Shown here in pieces: positions 28,511 to 43,198 of a stretch of DNA of 64,000 nucleotides (positions are counted from its first letter, which is position 1; each line of letters starts with the position of its first letter). The stretch lies in NCBI RefSeq assembly GCF_964204645.1, contig NC_134025.1, positions 7,688,001-7,752,000 on the forward strand, in the 5' to 3' direction. The translations under genes and the position numbers were made by a program. This DNA comes from Tubulanus polymorphus. Taxonomy: Eukaryota; Animalia; Nemertea. The notes beneath the pieces were generated by a model. The model had not been told where the DNA came from. It did not search any database and worked only from the letters and a program-made list of their open reading frames with translations.

Positions 28511-28898
28511 TCAGTTGAACATGGTAGGTATGTAAATTATAGTCAAGCCATGTCGGAGATAGCATGATAGTTTACATCTCAACATCTTGTTACCTCATAA
28601 ATCTATATAGTATTGAAAGAGAAAGTGCTACGCGAAAATCGGCTATCCTCATTGAAATTTACAAAACAATTTGCGTGTTTTGAGTCTTACATCTGGATAT
28701 AGTATGATTTAAGAATGGTTTTTGGAGCTTTTGGACCTATAGCTGACGATTTTCTGGGCCTCATTTTTTTGTTATTTCAGATACCAAAGAATTCAAGCTA
28801 TAAAAAGATAATGTATTGAAATACCAAAATCATCTCGTTTAAGTTTATACATCTATTAGAATATTAGAAGGATATGAGAAAAATAGAAATATATTTAC

Positions 28899-29075
28899 TG
28901 CTTCCGTAGCAATGCTATAAGCCATAGATTGTCTCCGTAAACTGTGAAGAGTTCCTCGTCGAGAGCCAAGAGCGGCCATAGATCCACGCCGAGCAACCGT
29001 TGACGCCCGGCGGGCCATCGATAGCCTTCTTTCCACATTAGAGGGTTTGTTACTTTTTTTGAATAATTTCACCAT
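28899..29075 (-). CDS. Probable alternative first coding exon of the DPP10-like gene (59-aa basic N-terminus with 5 RRxS/T motifs)
   Basis: ATG in good context (gaaaATGG). 59 open codons, MVKLFKKSNKPSNVERRLSMARRASTVARRGSMAALGSRRGTLHSLRRQSMAYSIATEA, ending at GCA|gtaaat, a phase-0 donor compatible with the 12625 acceptor. Motif content is clearly non-random. Confidence 0.7.
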
Positions 29076-31141
29076 TTTCGGCTATATGATTCGGATAAGA
29101 GATTATCACTCACGAAGATGCAGCAATCACAGACCACACCCCAGTAGTATCGGTTTAACTTTCCTCATAACGACAAACAGAAGAAAAGTCTCATTTCAAA
29201 CGATGCGAAAGCGATATAAATCCGACGCCTGCTGCAAAGACTCATTCTGATGAGAAACGTGATGAAACAGGTAGAATAATTATCCACAATATTAATTAAT
29301 CGCCATTGACATGGAACCGACTACACGTGCTTATACCAACATCGGTATTGCTTTGTAGCTAAATGCCATTTTGAACGACGAGACCGTTCTCGCCAGCAAC
29401 ATCGTAACGGAGCGTAATGCGTGAATCCTGGTACCGACTCTCCACCATAATACATTAGTTTCAGTAGCAAATCTATAAATCTACACGACGACTATTTAAG
29501 CTAAACATATGGTGTTATTAGGTGGCATTTGCAGCTCCAATACACTTTACCTATATCCAACTGCCGCACGTGCTTTAGTCCATGCACAAAAACTGTGTCT
29601 TAATTGCTAAGTGATTAATTCGGGATAATCCCATGATATCGGGAATAGTTTTTATGATATATTGGTGCGAACGAAATTCACGTGAAGCTTAGATATCGAG
29701 AATAGTAAAATAGATGAAGTCTGTCGCAGAAGATTGTCTTCTGTAAGGTTCGACAACCAATTGTCACACACGGTGACCGTGACAGCTTTCAAACCAAACT
29801 ACGATGCTTTCATCAGAATCGCAGCAGTTGGCCATATATATTATCAAAGGATTTCCTGTTCGCTGTTAATTGAGGTGGCAACGGTATATATACATAAGAC
29901 AAGGTATCAAGCATCGTACTAACGGTTCAGATAGAACTGGTGTGTACAGATTTCTACAGGAAAGTGTAAGCTGGACAATTCGTCGTGTAGGCCTGCTTAA
30001 AATGTATCGGAAATTAAACTGGCCATTACGGAAATTATCAGTTAAATCACATGCCATTATACTGATTCTCAAAACTGACTTACTACATTATGATATGAAA
30101 TATCTAGATTGTAAGTCTTCAAATTAATAAACCTAATTTACCAGTGTTGTATATGTTAAAATGCTCAAAAACGATCGTAAGTTTTTTCTGTAGTCACGTT
30201 CAAGGCGAATATGTCGGGCGAATTATCAAGTAAACGCTATACCGGTAATATGCTCTTCATAAACGTTATGCTTTATACATCAGTTTCAGATGCTCGCGGA
30301 AGATTGATATGACAAATATTTCTAGCGTTAAAATTTAGATAAATACGCAAAACGCTTGATAACTGGCGTTCACGCATAGTTCATAATGATTACGATAAAA
30401 CTTATGCATTAGGAAAAGATCATGAATTTCATTGTTGGGTTACACGCCTTAAAAACTTTAGACAGATATAAGAATCGAGGATTAAATTGAATAGTTAATG
30501 AATGAAACAAAAAAAACCGCACAATCTTTTAAGAAATACATAGTTATGTTAATGTCTAAACAGTCCTTGAGTGGACGTGATGTATTTTAGAACGATTGAG
30601 CATCCATAAATAATAAATCGCTGGGAAACATACACGAAGGTCCACTTGATCATGCATGCAAAAACGAGAGCACGCTTGGCATGATATCAGGTTAGCGCAA
30701 ATTCTGGTTTATTCATGATGAAGAAGAGGTAAATCTCATTTGATATTGACATTCAAATTTGAAGAAATCAATTAAACTCTTATTTACCCTAACATACTAA
30801 AACTTTAACATCATTTAACAACTCACTTGCGATGTATTAATGCTGTTAGAATTTACAGTATCAATCGAGAATATAGTACAAAACGCAGAGATGCCATCTT
30901 TCCATTTAGCAATGAACTGCAATGCACGGAATAAATCGAAAGAAACGATTTTCTCATAATCAATGTAATGCCGATATGAAAGTGGCAGTATTCAGCCTTT
31001 AGATTGAAATGAGGTTGAATTTAAGATTCAATAATAGATTCAACCGGATTGAGATAAATAGTGATTACCCTACATCATATGTTGACGAAGCTTAGCTACG
31101 TATTAACCTATGTTAAAGTACGTTGTTGTAATTGCTATTTT

Positions 31142-31254
31142 GTGACGCCAATGCACATCGACTCATTCACTAACTACCCTCTTTAGATGATGTATTGTTG
31201 TTAGCAGTACAATGCATGAAAACAATTTTGTAACGATTTCTACGGTGTCAAAAA
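31142..31254 (+). repeat. Dispersed repeat family, 3' fragment C
   Basis: tgacgccaatgcacatcgactca ... gtaacgatttctacggtgtcaaaaa resembles the end of copy A. Confidence 0.55.
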
Positions 31255-32907
31255 TTCTTTACTAAAGAAACGACTGTGACACATGTCCGCTAAGCGTTGC
31301 ATCATCAAACAGTGAAGGCTGAGCTGAGAAATAGTTCACAAATAATTTCATAGAGGGAAGCAGAGTAGTGTTTCATAATTTGGAACATATAAAATGGCCA
31401 AAGAAAATGAATCTTGCTACTCGAAAATGAGATGATTCATTAAGAAACCAATATGTACGTGAGTGTAATATATTATTTACGACGGAAACCGAAGAATGTA
31501 AATGGGAAATACGCAATTAGACGAATAGCTAGTTTATTATGATAAGGATAAGATTTTGATGTAAAGTCGCATCCACAAGTTGTATATACTACAACGATTT
31601 TCAGTCGGCGTTCTTCGTATTAGAATAACAAAGAGAGTGTAATCCACATTTAATTGAAGGGACACTCGGAAGGAGACAGCGATATACGAAGCAGCGTCTT
31701 TTCGTCTTTAGTATCTGACGAACTAATCATGGTCCCGCGAAGGATATTCAAGGTGGAAATCACCTGCTCTGTATACATCAGGTGATACGAAGTATCCCGG
31801 AGTAATAGCAGAACAACGAGAAGCGTATCGGTTTATGGTCGAGAAACGCCATAAAGAGCAGAAGAAGGTCATTAAATCTTCTTTGATTAGAAAAAAGCGA
31901 AACACACATAAGACAAACTGTACCGACAATGTCTTATGATATATGGAGCTGTAATCATTGATTTAGGTTCTGGTGTACGGTATGTAGGGTCAATTATCCC
32001 GAAATTGCAGAAACAAAATAAGCATTCAAACAAGAGACTACACCATTGTCTCATCGAAAAATGGGCTATTTTCTGTGAATTTAGTTTACCCATATCTGTC
32101 GACTGCTTTCTTCAAGGTAACGCCAGGACTATACAGTGTATAAGCTTTTGATGTTATGCAAAACAAAGGTGGGAATTCCTATAAACTAAAGCCCACGAGC
32201 GATGACTGCGGCACGAAAATGACATAATTTGAACCAAACTCCAGCATATTATAGTTACCATTCGTTTGTAATGTGCGCAATGGGTTAATGGAAAGGACAT
32301 CATCAGTTACATATAACTAGATTTACAAAGGTACTCTTATCGAGCTATTATTCCGTTACTAATGTACCACTGGGATGGATATCATTCATACATTATTACT
32401 ATTATTATGTGGATAAATCACAAAGCATCCAGTGCTGGGCGTTTATCAAACTGCCCAGACTATTGATGGATAAACTACACTGCACGCCAGTCCTGTTCTT
32501 TAATTCATCACGTATGATTATCGCGTAATGACGATCATTTTGTCCGGGATCAACGGCATTTAACTCGATAAAATACTGAATAACATAAAATATCCCAAGC
32601 ACACAATAATAATCCACCCGTATGCAAAATGACAAAATCTCGCAAAGAAATGATCGTTCGTTCTCATACGTCAGAAAGTTGTTGATGTCTCATTACATCG
32701 ATGTTATAGCTACATAAATTGGCCCATTAGAATCCGGTTAAGTAGTTCTAGGACGAAGTAGATATCTATTCATCTATGCTACAGAGTATATGTGAATACT
32801 GTGTGCGTGCATGTGGATGTTACACTACTGGACGAAAGGCAGACTGTGTGACTAGGTGACTGGACTACAGGACGACTGACGATTGACTCAACTGCAACGA
32901 CTGGCTG

Positions 32908-32953
32908 AAGTTAAAAGTGAGCGGAACTAAAAGTTAAAAGTGAGCGGAACTAA
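32908..32953 (+). repeat. 23-bp tandem duplication next to GACT-rich simple sequence
   Basis: aagttaaaagtgagcggaactaa x2. Confidence 0.9.
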
Positions 32954-35900
32954 ATCTTTTTTTGCCCGAGTAGGCGTTTGCACCGCAACCATGTCGAGTT
33001 CAAAACATGTGGTGCCCGGAGTTGTCGAATTTGTTTGAAGAATACCTGATAGTTCGGAAAAAAAGTATATCGGATAGGATAAGTTTGTTCCAGAGAGCAA
33101 TATAATCAATTAAAATAGAGCGGAATCAAATGAAAGAAAATAACGATAACAAATGCCGCTGCAAAGCAGCGATTAGGAGTCCTTACAAATTGGCTAAAGT
33201 TATCATATTTATGCTGTAATTCTCTAAATAATTTCAGGCTTTGAAAAAATGAATCTAGATACCAACTTGAGTAAAATTCAAGTATTACCGAGATACAAGT
33301 ATTACATACACATTTGTCGATAGCACAACATAGTTGGAATAAGATATAAGGATTTTGAATGTTATTTTTACGGTATCTTCACGACATATCTAGTAGTCAT
33401 CTTCAGGAATTTTATGATACAGTGGAAACATATAATGATAACGCATTCATTATTTATCATTATCATCATCCGTGTTACTGCTGTTATTGTCATTGAGTCA
33501 GTCGACCAGTCACCCAGTCGGCCAGACTCTAAATGTCGCCCAGTCTATAGTCGGCGGTCGTCCGTCTTCGGATCACGCCAAAATGAGGGACCGCATCACA
33601 ACTAACATATGGAATATCTCCCTACACCCGCCGTGCACTATTCCATCGTATTTTCACACTTGGGCTGCTACATGAAGCACAGTGCATGCTGCATTTTCAT
33701 ATGCATGATTATTGACATTGTCGACAAGTTAAGAGAGCTGTTGATAAGATGAGGAATGATACATATCCTCAATATGTGCGACTACTAAAAGCGGAAATTA
33801 ACATTCCACCAAAAAGGGTTATTTCAGTTCTATGAACTGATCTATTCATATCGATATCGGCCACGTTTTTATAAAACGTAATATGAAGCAAGTTTTTATT
33901 GCATTCTGAAGCCAGCCACATGTGTTCTGACTGTTGTGCGATTTGTGAATGCTTGTAATTTGATATGGATCAAGTGACTGACGAAGTATAAAAGATATTC
34001 TAGACTCATTTGTGAAATGAATTAGATAATTCTTTTACCTTCATTGTATAGATTACGTACGAGCATTGCGGCCGGTTTAAAAAGTCGACTTTCGAATGTT
34101 GAGTCAAAATAAACCCTCAAAATTGGTAATGGATCCGGAGGCAAAATAACTCACAACTGTGCAAGTGAAGCTATGATCGATGTAAGGAGAAATATGGTAT
34201 TCCACGTCTGTAAATGTGCAGCCGTGTTGGCATTCACATCACTACAAAAAATGACTTTTTAAACTTGAAAAATGAATGTTAGGTGGTCACACTCTCCCGT
34301 AGTTCATTGATCATGATCTAATGGAATGAGAACATATCATTGCTATATAAAGAACCACGAAGGGAGCATGGCCAGGTATAGAGATGGATATAGATTTCGG
34401 TTTGAATTTCTCTTGGGAAAATGGAGAATGTGTGTATTGAGCTTGGGAAATTTTCCATTAAATATTTAGAAACATGTGGATGAACAAGTAGCTTGAGCCA
34501 TGGGGGAAGTGTGCGAGAAATCTAGGAATGCAATTATAGTTCGTTGGACGTGTGGGATATGACGCAGATAACAAAATCTATAAGTGCGAGGCAACGCGAA
34601 TCTAAAATAATTCATACAGATCCCAAATCTGGAAAACGATACCGATTTACATTCCCAATTCTTAAGCTTACTGAAAATTTAGTTGTTTATCAGGGACCAA
34701 TCCAGTAGTTGCAGCCAGAGCCAAATTCAACCGTAAGAAATTTGGTCTCCCGTCGGAATTCCACGGTAGAGTTTGCATTCATTAACTAATAGGACTCGTG
34801 CTAGATCGTGCTGCTACTCGTGCGACCAGAAAATATGTAAATGACGATGATGTACTTTTCATGACGTAGATTTGCATCATGTTCGAGAATAGAAAATTCA
34901 GCATGAAACCTAATGATGATGGTGGCTTTAATCAAGCATATTCTGATTACGAATGTACGGCAATTTCATCAACAATTCACTTCTCGAGCGGGAATTACTG
35001 CCATTGCTTTTATACCGAGTCGTGCATTAGGTGCTATTGTAGAGATGTCTCGAATATCCATATACATTACCAAAAGCCATGTGTAATATGCCAACTGGCT
35101 GCAATTAATTGATCATAATTATTGCTTTCCTAATGACGAGACTGGAAACATTGTGCAACCCTTGGGATCTTGGCAACTGCTCTATGTAAGCTGTATGTTA
35201 TTTACTAGAATTTGAAAATTGCCATATATTGACTGCATTCCTCTAACGTGATGATTGGCTATTATCGTAATGGGTATTAAGAGCAAAATCCACCTCACCT
35301 ATGCCATACTCGGACCAATTTACCTAGTTTTACAATACATCAAGCAATTTGGAGATATATGAAACCACTTACGGTGTATAAGGTTGATGACAAAAACACT
35401 CAATTGAGATAAATGTCGATTTTCTGCCAAAAGATAATCTTAAGATCAGTTAGAAGAATTGTTGCTGTCATAAGAACTACAAAGCGAATTTCTTCGTATT
35501 TTGGCTCTGAGTGAAAATAATTTCATTTAATTCATCAATCATCCAATAAAAGAAATTAGGAGCTGAGCCTGAATTCTTGACGACAGCGACGGAATGGTTT
35601 CGTCTGTCTGTGCACTCTAGTTAATCATTCATTGATGATGCAAAGGTTTCCACAAAAGACACATTTCTAATTTGCAGAATATGAGTCGAAAACGAATTTG
35701 CGCCTATCCCCTCCATAAAAAATCAGATGGCATTTTCGCTTTCTACGCAATCTCGTTACTTACGGCCATTAGCAGATGTCTCAGGGAAAATATTTGGTTA
35801 GTTTCTGAGAAGAATTTTCATTGTTATGGTTTCATTAGTACGTCATAGTTATTTGGTCCGCGTGGACACTTAACGTCACAAGGAGAGCCAATGATTTATG

Positions 35901-38900
35901 GATTCAACGAATTCAGTTCAATGCGAAGAGGAGGGGTGTTTATCTTTATGACATTGCATCAAACATTGTGATTAGTGTGAAACTATTCTGTCGGACATAA
36001 AACACACGTCTCGTTAAATGCACCGTGCGTTTTTGCTAAGACATTGGTAAAATGAGTAAAAACATTGTATTGAACGGATTCCTACTCGACGACCAAGCCA
36101 TTTAAGAGGTCTTTATGAAAGAGAAAAAACGCTGGTGGCTTAAAGGATATTCAATCCATTAAGTTAGTTTTCTCTTGTCGGACATTCAGTGAATTCTAAA
36201 ACTAAAGATAAGTCCAAACATCGATTTTCATTAAAACATAATGTAGGGCTAAAGGGTATTCATTCATTCAGTCCATTTGCTCAGCTCAACTCCTCTAAAC
36301 TTTTTACGCGGAAATTACATTGTCGATATGAGTAGACGTCACGCAACCTTCAAATACACTGTGAAATTAGACAACAATATGCCCGACATATCAAGTCGAT
36401 ATACCCGAGCAATAACCTCCCGTTATGAGAACGTGCTATCGACATACGCTTCTGGCCAACACAACAATAATGGTTCCTATGGGAATTAGTTCGCATCCTG
36501 AAATGAAATTCATATGCGCTGCAAAGTAACAATGAATGAAGAATTTATAGCGACACAGAAAGCTTTTGACAGCAGAGTTTTCATCATATTACAGCAATAC
36601 TGTGCGATATGATACAGCAGAAATACGAGGTAACGACTTCGATTGCGCAGGTCTGATGCCTCTATCTACATACGTTAGTTTCATAGGATCACATTGCGAT
36701 GGGCTGGAAATTTGATTTGAGATATTACAATATGCGTATAGTAGAAGTGCAGCGGCGGAGCTGGCAAGATGGTAAGAAGCTATTAAAAGGTTCGCATTTG
36801 ACATTAGGAATTTGAAAGCAGAATCAATGAACAGGAGATTTGTAAGATGGCCAGATACTAAGTGACTGTGCACTTATAGGAGCAGTACTTGGAAGATAGA
36901 AGATTCTACTGTCCCGTTGTTATCGACGTGATATTTTTTCTGAGAAATCAAGAGAATGCATCGTGGAACTCGAGCCGAGAGTTGACGTATCCTTTTTCAA
37001 CGAAGGGAAAAATAGAAACTTTACCGAGGGATGTCGTCTGACAATCGCCACGAAGTGATTCCCACGCATGACGTTTAATATTTGAGAAAACCACCCCGCG
37101 GAGTAAGCTCATGTTGAGTTGCAATGATTATCAAGAAAACCGAGAATTATTTAAAAGAACTGGCTCGTAGGTGTCGGCTGCTTCTAGTTAGCTTCTTTTC
37201 GTAGTCAGCACGAACCGATAGATAGGAATTAATTATTTGCAAATACCAATATATATATATGTCTGTATGTAATCAGAAATCTTCGAAATTACGTCGATAT
37301 CTTGCCTTGTATCATCTATGGTAGCGGTATTCATTTGTCAGTTGGTTTTGACAGATGTGTTATCCCAAGTGGCCTGCCACACGGTTCAGCTTTGGTCAAA
37401 TATTGACAATGAAAATTGAATTCCAGCTAATTCGTTTGTCTTATCAATTCGTGCATAGATTTTTCAATTACCGCTACCACTGTCCCCAAGGACAAACCCG
37501 ATAAAATGATACATATAGTTATCGAGGATCGAGGAGGTTCGTCGCTCGCAGCAAAATGTTATCAATCATAGTAACAAAAGGTGAATTTCCCACATAGAAT
37601 TTGCAAAAAATTGAAAGACAAATAAAAAATTCTAGGAATAGTTATTTTTCGATTCAAAACTGATTGTCTTTGTAGAAGAATTCGAAAAATGAATGATATT
37701 TTCTCAATAATGTCTTCTTGGTTTTAGGTAGATCTTTTTCGGCGTCCTCGCTCAGATCGGTTCAGATAAAACTATCCACATGTAATCCATAAAACGCCTG
37801 TCAAAGCAGGCGGAATATTGATTATCGTTTGGCTCCTTTTTCATAATGACTTGACAAATGAATGATAATTTACAACGATATATCTAAAGAATCCCTGCAG
37901 CAATGTTATTGCAATATAATGAGAGGACATGACGCGCGCACGTATTGATTGTATTGGCATATTTAATGTTCATGAAAGAAGAGGGAATTCAATAACGTGC
38001 ATCCGTATTTCGATGACTTTGTACACGAATCTGATTTCAGTATACGGCGCATTAGATCTACGAGTACGGGTATTAAATTGTCAATTGTCTCATCGATAAG
38101 TTCATATCTATTTGCGTCATATTCCATCCAACTTTGACGGATTCGATTGGATTTTACTGAATAATGCCAAGGGAGGACTTCTGTACGATTGGCACGACCT
38201 TTAGGGAACGACGCCTAATAGAAATTCATCCACATGGGCAAACCTCATTTTTGGCGAGGGATGCTTTATCGATGAAGTCATCAAACAGTTGTTTCTCGAA
38301 AAGCAATAATACTAATCAGGACATTTCGCTGCTTTGAAGCATTGTAATATTAAACCCATCAAGGGGCTCGATAACGGATTGTGTAATGAAAGAAAAAGTC
38401 ACAAAAATGTCTACATGTATATCCAGTTTATAGATCAACGGAAATCAGGCGTCAACCATTCTTTCAACCACTCAAAAACTTTATATTAGTTGATAAGCGA
38501 GGCTTCCAATATTATGACGGCTCTGTTAACTTCAAATGCCAATATGTTTCGGCGGCATCTCGATGTCAATGGATATATTCGGTTATATTGAAATTTTTCC
38601 ATGCTGGATGGGAATGTTTTCCGCTGTCGGCATATAGCTGATATGATGGATGGACTATCGGCACAAAGGCAGACACGAGTTCTTTTTCGCCGAGCTTAAT
38701 CTTCGCGATTCGATACACCTGTTCTCCGGGATGAAATTAATAAATTATTAATCACTAAGTCTTTCCTTCGGACACAGATCCTGATTTAATTTTGCCGAGT
38801 GATAAATGCCACAGCCAGATAGAACATGATTCCTACAAATTGATACGGATTGTAGTGGGATTATACAAATCGCGAATTTTTTACATGTATCATCCAAATT

Positions 38901-39883
38901 CAAAAAAGTTGAACATGCCAATCCTGATTGTGCCATGTACGCTGCCCTTTTCATTAACATGCCAAATGAACTGATCAACAAACTTGGTTTTAAGAATGAT
39001 TTCTCTAGCGAAGTATAGTTGCTACATGAACTGCACAAAGTGTCATGTTACTACAGTAACAGCCTCGGCGAACAAGCCAACTCACAGCAAACAAGATAAC
39101 GCTTCAATTCCAAGTTAGCAAATAAAGCCGAAGCAAAATGATGAGGAGCAATTTGATGGCGGCAGAAATGTGCATTTACCCAACAAGTCACACAATAATG
39201 TTAAACACATAGAAACACTAACGAAAATCTTGGTATAGTAAAAGTGAGGTTTTAAAAAAGAATGTATTTACAGATTACTTAAGTCCGAATGTATTGAAAT
39301 TCATTTAAATCTCTATTACAATCTCTATTATATTTTCTCTATACTCCCACGGAAAAAAAGTTCGAATCTAATAAACATGCACGTGCACATTCACGTAATT
39401 ATATTCCATACAACGTAAAATTGTGTATACAAGACATCTGCAAATGTGAAGAGATTTTCAATAGTCACAAGTGGCACTCGTGTATATGTATCTGTGTTGC
39501 AGAAAAATTATGAATATTAATATCTGATAACGTGTAGAGATATTTACTCTTTCCAAGGCATTCATTTTGATACCTAAGAGATGAACGGGTATATGCCTAC
39601 ACGTAAAACCGTTTCTGGCAAAATTTCACCGGGAACATTTATCATATCATAGAAGTTCTTCTCAGAGGTAGAGCATCAAATCTACGGCTAATGGCTGTTA
39701 ATTAGTAACAGTCCAAGTCCGCTAGATAGATGCCAGTTAATTTGATTAGCGAATTCTCGTAAAGTTTTAGAGACGAGATGTTTGCCCATGAGCTGGATGG
39801 AGGCAGTATAACTATGTTTGCCGATATCATTGAAGTTCGAGACTATATCGACGAAAACATCCAAAAACATCATATCATAGAAG

Positions 39884-40648
<765 letters not shown>

Positions 40649-40826
40649 GTTTATATATAGCAAATGCAAATAGATATATTGCAAATAGAAAATGCTTTCT
40701 CAATTATATAAATTAGAATTATTTTCACTTTCCCGTAATTATTGGAATTGCGGTATCGTGTCTCATTATCGCTGACTGAAACTGTCTTGCATACCTAAGT
40801 ATAAGTATTGAGAGGACATCGCTTAC

Positions 40827-40856
40827 CGTGTGTTTGTCTTTTCTCTGTTCCACCAT
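40827..40856 (-). CDS. Candidate alternative first coding exon MVEQRKDKHT
   Basis: ggcATGG start, 10 codons, strong phase-0 donor ACG|gtaagc; hydrophilic peptide. Confidence 0.35.
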
Positions 40857-41524
40857 GCCCACACCTAAGTACACCCAGGGGAAATTACACCGAATTTCAA
40901 TTTGCCTTTCCCTCTCTAGTCAGTTAGAACACAGAAGTTTTCCTATAATGATGCCTCTGTCACTTGTAATTAGTTACACGCGGCGCAGGCAACGAGTCCA
41001 ATTTGAAAAAAATATTTTTGATGGAGGCTGCGAGTATCTAAAATAGCAAATGTGTCAGTGACTTCAGATCTCTAAGGTTTTAGGCAACCCACTGAGGGAC
41101 AATGGCTCTTCGTAAACGAAGGTAAAGGAATGTAGCTGTTTACTTCGTTCTAGATAAAATGGCGTTTTCCTACAACGGGAGGTATGCATTCCATGGAGAC
41201 TATACGTTAAAACGCGTAACAGGCAAAATTCCCCCGGTAAATATCCCCCGAGGTAGAAATCCCCCAAATTCAGTTTTTAATCAAATTAGATTTACATGGT
41301 GGGGTACATATCAAACTGGACAACTGGTGATAATTACCTTTAACTTCTTAGAAAAAAGATAATCATTACCTCTATCAAGAGGGTTAAGTTTCTCCGTCTG
41401 TTTGTTTGCGTGTACATTTTATCTGATGGTAAAAATGGGCCCCCGTATTAGTACACTTCCCATGACTATTTCAGACAACAGATAAAGCACGATGGTTACC
41501 ATCCACACGAAATCATTATCTTAC

Positions 41525-41572
41525 CAATTTCGAATACATGACACCTTTGAATCTATCCCGTAATTTCGGCAT
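41525..41572 (-). CDS. Candidate alternative first coding exon MPKLRDRFKGVMYSKL
   Basis: First in-frame ATG after a stop, 16 codons, phase-0 donor TTG|gtaaga. Shares M-x-x-L-x-x-R-F-x-G spacing with the DPP6-L N-terminus (MASLYQRFTG, recalled). Confidence 0.4.
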
Positions 41573-43198
41573 CAGAATTTATACGCACTGCATACGAAAC
41601 AAACTGAATTCTACTTATGAGCCATCTCCCTTGAATCACAACGTGGTTTAATACGGACGGACAACTAACAGCTGGGTGGTTTTTACACACCCTCATATCA
41701 TACATCTATTCAAATATACGACTTCGGTTTTTATCGGCTGTCAACTGTAACTGATTTTCAGGTAAGTAACACGTGCGTTAGTTTTTGTGGCTATAGATAA
41801 GCTTCCACGTTGAGAAAGCGTGTTTGAATTACGTAGCATGTTGATAAGGCCATCGCTTTATCGGGATATTTTTGTTCGTTGTCGAAGCGACTTGGTGGAA
41901 TGGTCTGGTCGAAACCATCGACAAACGACCGGAGAGTTGCGTACGTATACATAATCAGCGTGGTTGATTAATCGAATTATCTTTCAGGTTCAACTGCGTT
42001 CCAGATGCAGATGTACTTCTACTCACAGCCCAACTAAAGCAAATACTATGTACACATAATTGTGCAATATCAATCAATTTAAGATGATACATGACGACAC
42101 ATTGTTTTGAAGAAATTAACTTAATCAATTACTAATCTTAGTTTGAAATTAATCATTCGTTCTTCGTCGTATTTATTTGATAAGCTAATATATAATGTGT
42201 GCGACTAACTGTATTGTACTGTTCTCGTTAGGCGACCAATAGAAATGTATTTCACTGACTTTTTCTCGTAATAATCATTTGTAACCATGGTTTCAGTGTT
42301 GCTAAATTGCGGCAACGGGGTCTGTGAAGTGAACGCGTGACGTATGAAGTGAAAGGTAGAGTGCACTTCACATTCACTTGTTGGCCTCATAACCATTATT
42401 TCGCATGGCTCGAAAGAATTCCGAAGTGGATGTAAATGAATCATTACCTACCCCCGAAAATAATATATATAAAACTAAAAAATGTATACAACAGTTTGCC
42501 TACATTTATATAAGAACCGATAGATGAATGGTTTCATAATTATTAGGCCGATATATCCTACGCAACATTTTGAACATACGCTGTTCGGCCGCAAAAACGT
42601 CTACTCACTGTTTCAGATTGGCGATGACTGATGGCCTTCATTTGCATCATTGTCCGGTCCATTTTAGACCCGGGTTTCGTTTTTTACCCCTAAATCGTTC
42701 GAAAAAATGCCGATGGATCTAAATTTTGTAAGACTCTAGAATGATGTCAACCAGAGTTCTCAGCCACCACCATTTTCAATATTGCAATCGTAGGAAAACG
42801 ACGATTTCAAATAATAACAATAGAATCAATAATTTCACTGATAACTCACAGGTAACCGTAATAACAAAATGTTGCGAGTAAATTCCGATAACGAGGACAT
42901 CGATTTTAATTGATTTTCGTTTTATGTTACCAACTCTTATCTCGATACGTCAACAATGACCTAGGAAGAATTTCATTTGGTTTTACGATTTAACTGGTCA
43001 TAGTATAAAAATATAACGATAGATTTCTGTGGTCGATTTTCAGTGTTACTTTAAACCTGGACTAACGAACCCATGCATATAGTAAATACACAGGCAAATG
43101 CCGCAACACCATCTCCATCAGTAGTTCATTAATGGGAATTTGTTATCAAATAAACACAAAGTCGATTCAACGAAAAATGTTCAAAAAATTAAGATAAT

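Noticed and set aside
29244-29278. ctgatga...gaaacaggta hammerhead-like boxes
   Set aside because: No convincing stem I or stem II pairing.
34360-34570. Minus-strand IAFLDFS motif reminiscent of LINE reverse transcriptase
   Set aside because: The expected KAFD and downstream RT motifs are absent; too degenerate to call.
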